Shown: positions 51,987 through 59,875 of the stretch, piece by piece
Layout: every line of letters begins with the position of its first letter
How positions within the stretch are numbered: position 1 is the first letter of the stretch
DNA from: Sediminibacterium sp.
Lineage (GTDB): Bacteria > Bacteroidota > Bacteroidia > Chitinophagales > Chitinophagaceae
Direction: 5' to 3'
Length of the DNA: 59,875 nt
NCBI GenBank assembly: GCA_044368905.1
Contig: JBILIU010000001.1
Coordinates: 1 to 59,875 of the forward strand
The notes under the pieces: model-generated
Database searches by the model: none
Told to the model about the DNA's origin: nothing
Seen by the model: the letters and a program-made list of their open reading frames with translations, nothing else
Position numbers and translations under genes: made by a program

Positions 51987-52646
51987 ATGAAAAAAACTGC
52001 CGTTATATTTGATATAGATGGATTATTAATCAATAGTGAGCCGCTTTGGAATAAAGCAGCCGCTGAAATCTTTAGACAATACGGTATTAGTTTGACAGAA
52101 GCGCAATATGCCACTACAACCGGACTTAGATCAAAAGAATTTGTAGCGCATTGGTTGCATGAGTATAAAATCCCATCCACAGAATATGAAAGAGCCGAAC
52201 AAAGAGTAATTGATCAGGCCTTGTTGTATATCGATAAAGAAGCCACTTTGATGCCAGGCGTAGAACATATTTTTCAGTTTTTTTTAGCAAAGGAATTTAA
52301 AATTGGGCTTGCCACATCTTCACCTCCTGCACTAATTGAGTGGGTAAAAGATAAGCTTGGTATTCGCAGTCTAATTCATGCAAGTTGTTCAGCACAAAAT
52401 CTTCCCTATGCAAAGCCGCATCCTCAGGTTTATTTGGATTGTGCCAATGCTTTGCACATCTCACCTCTTGCATGCATTTGTTTCGAAGATTCTTTTTATG
52501 GCATGTTAGCAGCCAAGGCAGCAAGGATGACCTGCGTGGTGGTGCCAGCTGCAGATGCACTAAAACAAGAGCATTGGGCAGCAGCAGATCTAAAGCTATC
52601 CTCCTTGCAAAATTTTGGGGCGCTCCATTTTGATATGCTTGCTTAA
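51987..52646 (+). CDS. HAD-family sugar/hexitol phosphatase (YniC/HxpB-like)
   Basis: FDIDGLL, ATSS, KPHPQVY, FEDS. Confidence 0.88.
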   Translation: MKKTAVIFDIDGLLINSEPLWNKAAAEIFRQYGISLTEAQYATTTGLRSKEFVAHWLHEYKIPSTEYERAEQRVIDQALLYIDKEATLMPGVEHIFQFFLAKEFKIGLATSSPPALIEWVKDKLGIRSLIHASCSAQNLPYAKPHPQVYLDCANALHISPLACICFEDSFYGMLAAKAARMTCVVVPAADALKQEHWAAADLKLSSLQNFGALHFDMLA

Positions 52647-52702
52647 ATCAAGCTAAAAAAAACACATTGCTTCCCTAAATACAAGTTAAATTGCATCCGT
52701 AA

Positions 52703-53665
52703 ATGGAATTAGCAAAAAAAATCATTGGCAAAGAATTAGCACTTTTTGAAATGCATTTCAAAGAGGCGGTTAAAAGTAGGGTTTCCTTGCTAGACCGAAT
52801 CATGCAGTATATTGTCAAAAGAAAGGGAAAGCAAATGAGACCCATGTTTGTTTTGCTTTCTGCCAAGCTGAACGGTGAAATTAATGATGCTAGTTACCGT
52901 GCAGCATCTTTGGTGGAATTATTGCACACTGCAACATTGGTGCACGACGACGTAGTAGACGATGCATTAGAAAGAAGAGGCTTTTTTTCAATCAATGCTT
53001 TATGGAAAAATAAAATTGCTGTTTTAGTGGGCGATTATTTATTGTCTAAAGGATTATTGCTTTCACTAGAAAATAAAGACTTTGAAACATTAACTATCCT
53101 ATCTGATGCCGTAAAGAAAATGAGTGAGGGAGAACTGTTACAAATGGAGAAAACAAGAAATTTAAATTTCGACGAATCAGTTTACTATGAGATCATTTAT
53201 GGTAAAACTGCTAGTCTCCTTTCTTCAAGTTGTGCAGCTGGCGCTTCCTCTGTCACAAAAGACCAAGCACAAGTTCAGAAGATGAAAGATTTTGGGGAAT
53301 ACGTAGGGATGGCTTTTCAAATTAAAGACGACTTGTTTGACTATGGTGATGAATTGATTGGTAAACCAACAGGCAATGACATCAAAGAGAAGAAACTAAC
53401 CCTTCCCTTAATTCACATTTTACAAAAATGTAGCCCTGCCTTAAAAAAAGAGATCGTCTATATTGTTAAAAACAATAACAACGACAAGCGTAAAGTTAAA
53501 TTCGTCATTGACCAAGTGAAAGATCTAGGTGGTATCGAATATGCGCACGCAAAAATGATCGAATACAGAGATAAAGCCTTGGTTGTTTTACATAGCTTCC
53601 CGCCATCCATTACAAGAGACGCATTAGAAGAATTGGTGCGCTATACAACTGACAGAAAATATTAA
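52703..53665 (+). CDS. ispB: Long-chain polyprenyl diphosphate synthase
   Basis: GKQMRP, LVHDDVVD, RRG, GDYLL, FQIKDDLFD, GKPTGND. Confidence 0.9.
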   Translation: MELAKKIIGKELALFEMHFKEAVKSRVSLLDRIMQYIVKRKGKQMRPMFVLLSAKLNGEINDASYRAASLVELLHTATLVHDDVVDDALERRGFFSINALWKNKIAVLVGDYLLSKGLLLSLENKDFETLTILSDAVKKMSEGELLQMEKTRNLNFDESVYYEIIYGKTASLLSSSCAAGASSVTKDQAQVQKMKDFGEYVGMAFQIKDDLFDYGDELIGKPTGNDIKEKKLTLPLIHILQKCSPALKKEIVYIVKNNNNDKRKVKFVIDQVKDLGGIEYAHAKMIEYRDKALVVLHSFPPSITRDALEELVRYTTDRKY

Positions 53666-55368
53666 TGGAAAAACGCTGGAATATACTGGAGGCCGATTCG
53701 GCTAAAGTGGCTGCACTTCAGACAGCACTTAAAATACATCCTATTTTATGCGAACTTTTGGTACAAAGAGGCATTGAAGACTTTGATAAAGCAAAACAAT
53801 TTTTTAGACCGGCTTTAAACGACTTGCATGACCCATGGTTAATGAAGGATATGGACAAGGCAGTCACTAGAATCACCAAAGCATTTGATGAAAACGAATC
53901 CATTATGGTCTTTGGGGATTATGATGTAGATGGCACCACTTCTGTTGCGACATTGTACCAATTTTTAAAAGACATCCACCCAACCATTGATTTTTATATC
54001 CCACACCGTTACAGAGAAGGATATGGCGTGTCAAAAATGGGCATTGATCATGCAAAAGCGACAGGCATCAGTTTAATCATATCGGTGGATTGCGGCATTA
54101 AGTCAACAGAACTAATTTCTTATGCAAAAGAACTAGGAATTGATTTTATTATTTGTGACCACCATCTACCCGATCCAATTTTACCACCAGCTATTGCGAT
54201 TCTAAATGCGAAGCAAGTTGATTGCGGCTATCCCTATAAAGAATTATGTGGATGCGGTGTGGTCTTTAAATTAATTTCAGCATTGGCGCAAGCCTATAAT
54301 TTACCAGATTCAAGTTACCTGCAATATTTAGACCTTGTGGCTACGGCCATTGCTGCAGATATTGTGCCACTGACAGATGAGAATAGGACGATGGCCTTTT
54401 TTGGTTTAGAGAAAGTGAATGAAAATCCAAGTCATGGCATTTTAGCTTTATTAGAATTAGCAAAACAAAATCGACCAATTAGAATTAGCAATTTAGTTTT
54501 TGCGGTTGCTCCAAGAATCAATGCAGCAGGCAGAATGGATGATGCAAAAAAAGCGGTACAACTTTTTATTGAAAAGGAATACCAAGGCGCTTTGGATGTG
54601 GCTTCCCTTTTACAACAAGATAATTTAGACAGAAGAGAAGCCGATAGTAGTATCTCCGAAGAAGCGTTTGCAGAAATCGAAAATGATCCAGCGCATTTAA
54701 ATAAAAAATCGACCGTCGTGTTTCAACCCCATTGGCATAAAGGCGTAGTGGGTATTGTAGCAAGCAGGTTGATTGAAAGACATTACAAGCCAACGATTGT
54801 CCTCACCCAAAATGGCGATATTGTTTCGGGCAGCGCCAGAAGTGTGCAAGGGTTTAATTTATACGAAGCATTGCATGCCTGTAGGGAACATCTTTTAGGC
54901 TATGGTGGACATTTTGCCGCAGCAGGGATGACATTAAGCATTGACAAATTAGAAGCATTTAAAGCAGCCTTTGAAAAAGCAGTAGCAGCAAGAATCACAC
55001 CCGAACAGATGGTGCCAGAAATCTCCATTAATGCGTTACTCCCATTGGATCAAATTAGCATGCAATTTTTTCAAATCATAGCGCAAATGGAGCCATTTGG
55101 TCCAGACAATATGCGCCCAATTTTTCTAGCAAAAAATGTGCGAGATACAGGTTATTCTAAATTGGTGAAAGAAGCACATATCAGTTTTAACCTAACGCAA
55201 GGCAATAATAGTGTTAGAGGCATTGGCTACAATATGCCAGATAAGATCGACATTGTAAAATCAGGAAAGCCATTTGATATTGTATTTCAATTGCAATTGA
55301 ATGAATGGCAAGGCGCACAGTCTATCCAAATGCAAGTGATAGACCTAAAAGAAACGAGCCCAAATTAA
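53665..55368 (+). CDS. recJ: Single-stranded-DNA-specific exonuclease RecJ
   Basis: GDYDVDG, PHRYREGYG, VDCG, DHH, PRINAAGR, GSARS, GGHFAAAG, PFGPDN. Confidence 0.96.
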   Translation: MEKRWNILEADSAKVAALQTALKIHPILCELLVQRGIEDFDKAKQFFRPALNDLHDPWLMKDMDKAVTRITKAFDENESIMVFGDYDVDGTTSVATLYQFLKDIHPTIDFYIPHRYREGYGVSKMGIDHAKATGISLIISVDCGIKSTELISYAKELGIDFIICDHHLPDPILPPAIAILNAKQVDCGYPYKELCGCGVVFKLISALAQAYNLPDSSYLQYLDLVATAIAADIVPLTDENRTMAFFGLEKVNENPSHGILALLELAKQNRPIRISNLVFAVAPRINAAGRMDDAKKAVQLFIEKEYQGALDVASLLQQDNLDRREADSSISEEAFAEIENDPAHLNKKSTVVFQPHWHKGVVGIVASRLIERHYKPTIVLTQNGDIVSGSARSVQGFNLYEALHACREHLLGYGGHFAAAGMTLSIDKLEAFKAAFEKAVAARITPEQMVPEISINALLPLDQISMQFFQIIAQMEPFGPDNMRPIFLAKNVRDTGYSKLVKEAHISFNLTQGNNSVRGIGYNMPDKIDIVKSGKPFDIVFQLQLNEWQGAQSIQMQVIDLKETSPN

Positions 55369-55380
55369 TTCGGGCTCGTT
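55353..55380. terminator. Hairpin between convergent recJ and htpG, overlapping the recJ stop
   Basis: AACGAGCCC-AAATTAATTC-GGGCTCGTT. Confidence 0.7.
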
Positions 55381-55411
55381 GATCTATAAAACTTTAAGAC
55401 TTAGTTCATCA

Positions 55412-57292
55412 CTAGCTTTGGCTCGTTAATTCTACTGAACGATTGATAAAGCTTGTTAATTCGGCACCTTTTAATAACCCTTGAGACAACAAGGCCAAGT
55501 CGGCTAAATTTCTTGCCTGCTTTTGTTGTTTATCTGTATTCGTTTCCTTTAACAGTGTTTGATAAATTGGATGATTACCATTAATGGTCAAATGCACTTC
55601 GTCTGGCATTTGCGCATAAAATGCATTCATGCCTCCGCCACTCATACCAGCCATGTCTTTCATACGACGCATGAACTCAGGTCTTGTAGCAATTACAGGA
55701 GCGACGTCTTGGCTAAGGCCTTTTACTTCTAAAGTAATGGTTGTTTCAGGAATTTGAAATTCAAATAATTTTTTAGCTTGTTCCACTTCATCTTTAGATA
55801 AAACTGAATCTACATTTTCTTGCTTATCAATTAAATTATCTACTACATCTGCATCTACACGCACAAATTGCACGCCTTCCCATTTCATCTCCACATTATT
55901 GATAAAGGCGGCGTCCACCATGGTCTCTAATTTGATCACTTTGTACCCCTTACCTACTGCTGCTTGAATGAACGCATCTTGCCCAACCGGATTGGTCGTG
56001 TATAATAAAACTTGTTTACCTTCTTTATTTTTTTGAGTTGCCTCAGTAGTCGTTTTGTATTCCTCTAAAGTATAAAACTTACCTGCTTCAGCAGCGTCTT
56101 CTAAAATCAAAAACTTATTCCCTTTTTCTAGGAATTTGTCGTCTGTGATCATACCATATTTCACGAACAACCCTAAGCTCTCCCATTTTTCTTCAAAGGC
56201 TTTTCTGTCATTGTTGAAAATCTCTTCCAACTTATCAGCTACTTTTTTAGTGATATGTGCATTGATCTTTTTCACATTCGGATCCCCTTGTAAATAACTT
56301 CTACTCACATTCAAAGGAATGTCTGGACTATCAATCACCCCGTGTAATAACATCAAGAATTCAGGAACAATATCTTTTACTTCATCTGTAACAAATACTT
56401 GATTGCAATACAATTGGATCTTGTCCTTTTGTATCTCATAGCTTTGTTTGATTTTAGGGAAGTATAAAATACCCGTTAAGTTAAATGGATAATCTACATT
56501 TAAATGGATCCAGAATAAAGGCTTTTCGCCAAAAGGATACAATTCCTTGTAAAAATTTTCATAATCCTCTTTTGTTAGATCGGCTGGCTTTCTAACCCAG
56601 ATAGGATTGGTATTGTTGATAGGCTTTTCTTCAATTTTGGCATCCTCCACCCCGTCTTCTGCCTTGGCTTCTTTCACTTCTGCATTCGCATCGGTAAAAT
56701 AAATAGCGACAGGTAAGAATTTACAGAACCTTTCCAAAATAGATTTTACTCTTGATGGTTCTAAGAACTCCTTGCTTTCTTCATTGATATGCATTACAAT
56801 CTTCGTACCTCTATTGCTATAATCTACCTCGTATAATTCATAGCTAGGGCTGCCATCACAACTCCAGAAAACACCAGGTGCGTCTGTATGACTTTTTGAA
56901 TAAATATCAACTTTATCGCTCACCATAAATGAGCTATAGAATCCTAAACCAAAATGACCAATGATGCTTGCGTCTTGGTATTTGGTTACAAATTCCTCGG
57001 CGCCGCTAAATGCCACTTGGTTAATGTATTTGTCTACTTCTTCGGCAGACATACCAATACCATTGTCAATGATCGAAATCGTTTTTTCTTTTGCATCCAC
57101 AATCACATCGACTCTTAAATCGCCCAACTCCCCTTTTACTTCTCCTTTTGAGCTTAATGTTTTTAATTTTTGAGCTGCATCCACAGCGTTACTCACTAAT
57201 TCACGAACAAATATTTCGTGGTCACTATAAAGGAACTTTTTAATGATTGGAAAGATGTTCTCTGTCTGAACTCTTATTTGACCTTTTTGCAT
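55412..57292 (-). CDS. htpG: Molecular chaperone HtpG (Hsp90)
   Basis: LYSDHEIFVRELVSNAVDA, DNGIGM, IGHFGLGFYS, PLNVSRS; start moved to ATG 57292. Confidence 0.96.
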   Translation of the reverse strand: MQKGQIRVQTENIFPIIKKFLYSDHEIFVRELVSNAVDAAQKLKTLSSKGEVKGELGDLRVDVIVDAKEKTISIIDNGIGMSAEEVDKYINQVAFSGAEEFVTKYQDASIIGHFGLGFYSSFMVSDKVDIYSKSHTDAPGVFWSCDGSPSYELYEVDYSNRGTKIVMHINEESKEFLEPSRVKSILERFCKFLPVAIYFTDANAEVKEAKAEDGVEDAKIEEKPINNTNPIWVRKPADLTKEDYENFYKELYPFGEKPLFWIHLNVDYPFNLTGILYFPKIKQSYEIQKDKIQLYCNQVFVTDEVKDIVPEFLMLLHGVIDSPDIPLNVSRSYLQGDPNVKKINAHITKKVADKLEEIFNNDRKAFEEKWESLGLFVKYGMITDDKFLEKGNKFLILEDAAEAGKFYTLEEYKTTTEATQKNKEGKQVLLYTTNPVGQDAFIQAAVGKGYKVIKLETMVDAAFINNVEMKWEGVQFVRVDADVVDNLIDKQENVDSVLSKDEVEQAKKLFEFQIPETTITLEVKGLSQDVAPVIATRPEFMRRMKDMAGMSGGGMNAFYAQMPDEVHLTINGNHPIYQTLLKETNTDKQQKQARNLADLALLSQGLLKGAELTSFINRSVELTSQS

Positions 57293-57317
57293 AGTTATAT
57301 CGTTTGGTTCTACTATT

Positions 57318-57332
57318 GCAAAATAAGGACCA
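57318..57332 (-). promoter_or_regulatory. Candidate sigma54 (-24/-12) promoter of htpG
   Basis: Minus strand TGGTCCTTATTTTGC = GG-N10-GC, 25 nt upstream of the ATG. Confidence 0.55.
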
Positions 57333-57387
57333 AAGCCATGCTTCTGCCAAGCTGACAAGCAAGCCGGATAAAATGGGTCAAAAACCG

Positions 57388-58221
57388 TTAATTTTTCAGC
57401 CAGGCTGCCCCAGAACAACGTGGATTGGGAAACAAAATGTCATCTGGATGTCGGATTAAGAGCTGTTTCTCTGAGTTAAAAACAGAATACACCCCCAATA
57501 TCGAACCATTGCCGTTCGGGATGGCCCCACCTGCAAAATCCGCATAACCACTGGTCCTAAGATAGATCGTACCCCCAGAACAAAATTTAAGGGCGCGGCT
57601 AGCCCCTAATTTATTTTTTTTATCTGCAAAAGTTTGAGCAGTATCGGTCGCTGAGAATTCAATATTGGAGATTTGTATCAAGCGCCCTTGTAAAGAGTCA
57701 TGCAAATTTTTAAATTGTACTTGGAGTGGAATGATCGGATAATTGTCTTGCAGAATTTGAATATGCTGTTTGAATAAAGGTAAAGGGATGCCACCTGTAA
57801 CTAAACTGCCTGAGCTACTATCAACCCCACCCACTAATTGAATCATGCGACGATAATCCGATAAGAGTAAATCTTTTAAGCGCAAACGAATCAATGTGCC
57901 AACGGGATAATCTTGAAAAAGATTTTGACCATCCAATAATAACATGATACCGCCGGTACTATCTTGTATGACAAGTGATTTATACCAATTGTCATACTCA
58001 TCATTGGCCACTATTACCGCCTGAAGCATCCATTCCTTTTGAATAGGCTCCACTTCGCCCATCAGATGTAAACGTTTAAGCTGTTTGATGGAGATAAGCG
58101 TATCACTTGATTGACCTTCATTAACGGTAGCATAGGCAGCTTTCTTAAAGCAAGCCACGCAACAAGTTATTGAAAACACCAGCAGCATTAAAGCCGCTAA
58201 AGAAGAGATATTATTTTTCAT
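57388..58221 (-). CDS. DUF5689-like (OB-fold-type) lipoprotein
   Basis: Lipobox VAC; ISIKQLK, VAND..DNWYKSLVIQDSTGGI, LRTSGYADFA, P.GNGSI.GV, QLLIR; start moved to ATG 58221. Confidence 0.7.
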   Translation of the reverse strand: MKNNISSLAALMLLVFSITCCVACFKKAAYATVNEGQSSDTLISIKQLKRLHLMGEVEPIQKEWMLQAVIVANDEYDNWYKSLVIQDSTGGIMLLLDGQNLFQDYPVGTLIRLRLKDLLLSDYRRMIQLVGGVDSSSGSLVTGGIPLPLFKQHIQILQDNYPIIPLQVQFKNLHDSLQGRLIQISNIEFSATDTAQTFADKKNKLGASRALKFCSGGTIYLRTSGYADFAGGAIPNGNGSILGVYSVFNSEKQLLIRHPDDILFPNPRCSGAAWLKN

Positions 58222-58366
58222 AAATTTAAATTTGATAGATAAAAAATTAAAGTGCATGATTTGATTGATGTGATTAAATGCTTAAAGTAGTATGCGTAAT
58301 TTGGATAATTAGATTAATCAGAATAATGAAACAAATTGAATTAAACTTTTTATAAATTTAGAAGTA

Positions 58367-59875
58367 TCAAAGCATCGATAGCTGAAGACCAATGGTGTAG
58401 GTTCTTCCTAAATCATAAATATATTTTGGCGGGAATTTTTGCAAATTAAAATTTTTGTAGTCATATCTAGACTGTTCAAAAATCAAACTAGGGATGGATG
58501 CATTTAATACATTTCGAATAGAGCTTGTTAACCTTAAATTTATTTTACTCTTTTGTGTTGCTATTTGAAAACTTTTTGAAATAAATAAATTAGATACCCA
58601 TTGATTGGGCGCCCAAACAGGCGTATACAAAGCTTCCCATGCATCATTTGTTGGTTGATTGTCTTTTACCCAATCACTTCTTCTAAAAACATCATGACTA
58701 ATTGCACGCCTACTTGCATATAAAGTGGTATAGCTAATGCGCAATGAATAACTAGGTTGGTAATTGATTGTAAACGCCTGCACGGATTGAGGATGAGATG
58801 TGGCAGGGAAGTTTTTTAATAACAGCTTCCCAGATTGTACTTTATATAAATTATCCGCCAATCTGATTTCATAGAGCGGCTCATTGTTGATTGTATACCA
58901 GCCGTAACTATTGCCAATATTGAATTGTATAGGACTAGTCCAATTGGTTTCAATATAAGATTCAATCCCATGATGGTTGGACTGCATTTGTCCAACACTT
59001 GCTCTTACAAATGCATTGAAGTAATCATGATAGAACAATTTATATTGCCGCTCATTTTGATTAGACTGCGCAAAGTATACTACACTGGCCTTGATATTGC
59101 TTCCCATAAATTGTAGTTTGACTTCGGTACCCAAATGAATTAAAGGCAGAAGGAATGGATTTTGTATCGCATGATTTGCAGGATCTGTGTATAGGTCTGA
59201 GGCGTCTGGCGCTTCCCATTCCTGAAACAAACGAGTGGTCAGGTACCACCTCCCATTGAATTTATAACGGAGATAGGTTTGGTATTGATAGGATGGAAAC
59301 AATGCGTATTCAGATAGGCCTTTTGACAAGTTGGGAAATAAGCCATTTTGATTCATTCCATTTCTTTGATATTGATCATAGTTCATTTGTATCCCAAGGC
59401 CCCATTCCAAAAAAGGCGTTGCTCCATTTAATGCAGTCCATGTACTTATTTTTTGATTGCTTAAAACATAATGCGCACCCCATGACTCTCCTTCTTTTAT
59501 TTTTCGATCAGGAAATTGTAAATCATTTTGAAAAGCGGTTGCGAGTCCATCATCATTCACCCAACTATTGTAATTGAGATAATACTTTGCGCCTAAAAGG
59601 TCGGCCACTTGATTCCTATATCCAATTTGATCCGAATGGATGGCTATACCAAGATGCCATTTACTTGTTGTACTTATTGTATGATTCGAAATAGCTGAAA
59701 AACGAAATAATTGTAATTGTTGTACCTGTTCATTGATAATATATTTTGCAGCACCATTTGAAGCAGCAAAATTTTTTGCTTTTAATTGATCAAATTGAAT
59801 CTGAAAAAATTCAGGATGGATGGCATACCAATCCATTAAGTTGTTTTTTAGTTGCTCGTCAATGGCATAACTAGG
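58367..59875 (-). CDS. TonB-dependent-receptor-like outer-membrane barrel, C-terminal part (5'-truncated at window edge)
   Basis: Frame is open to the window end; amphipathic beta strands, DLLGAKYY, NVLN, FEQSR, KYIYDLGRTY; upstream of a DUF5689-like lipoprotein. Confidence 0.7.
   Translation of the reverse strand, partial: PSYAIDEQLKNNLMDWYAIHPEFFQIQFDQLKAKNFAASNGAAKYIINEQVQQLQLFRFSAISNHTISTTSKWHLGIAIHSDQIGYRNQVADLLGAKYYLNYNSWVNDDGLATAFQNDLQFPDRKIKEGESWGAHYVLSNQKISTWTALNGATPFLEWGLGIQMNYDQYQRNGMNQNGLFPNLSKGLSEYALFPSYQYQTYLRYKFNGRWYLTTRLFQEWEAPDASDLYTDPANHAIQNPFLLPLIHLGTEVKLQFMGSNIKASVVYFAQSNQNERQYKLFYHDYFNAFVRASVGQMQSNHHGIESYIETNWTSPIQFNIGNSYGWYTINNEPLYEIRLADNLYKVQSGKLLLKNFPATSHPQSVQAFTINYQPSYSLRISYTTLYASRRAISHDVFRRSDWVKDNQPTNDAWEALYTPVWAPNQWVSNLFISKSFQIATQKSKINLRLTSSIRNVLNASIPSLIFEQSRYDYKNFNLQKFPPKYIYDLGRTYTIGLQLSML

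Noticed and set aside
57293-57418. N-terminal extensions in the ORF track (htpG here; likewise exbB, epimerase, mrp, folK, gcvP)
   Set aside because: The extensions overlap promoters or neighbouring genes; downstream ATGs match the family N termini
58222-58366. AT-rich intergenic region with short TGATT/ATTAAA repeats (possible ncRNA or origin)
   Set aside because: Repeats are short and expected at this AT content; no stable stem or DnaA-box cluster recognised
851-59577. Numerous 60-146 aa ORFs antisense to or nested in long genes (e.g. 7112-7552, 8174-8557, 25562-25993, 38686-39045)
   Set aside because: They are shadows of well-supported genes on the opposite strand or in another frame and have no recognisable motifs

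Overview
This is an AT-rich, densely packed chromosomal segment of a Bacteroidota bacterium. The proteins and TAnnTTTG-type promoters suggest Chitinophagaceae, possibly Sediminibacterium-like, but that assignment is inference. It holds about 55 CDS, mostly housekeeping (clpB, queG, sppA, folK, gcvP, ispH, cmk, mrp, prmC, exbBD, pepT, fmt, folA, thyA, recJ, htpG). I saw no tRNA, rRNA, CRISPR array, integrase or transposase. The most interesting features are: (1) a metal-handling cluster (4.6-12.3 kb) in which each of two transcription units opens with a small, apparently leaderless, GTG-start ORF with metal-ligand residues, one ending in FQPPRA-stop, which may be metal-sensing leader/arrest peptides; (2) a CzcA-TolC fusion with an internal signal-peptide-like linker; (3) an M42 peptidase/glutamine amidotransferase/ATP-grasp-like operon; (4) sigma54-type -24/-12 motifs upstream of both clpB and htpG, each with an identically spaced TGNCA-N3-TGNCA-like box; (5) repeated promoter-N4-start-codon geometry suggesting leaderless mRNAs. 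All functional calls come from motif recognition by eye; no database search was run.
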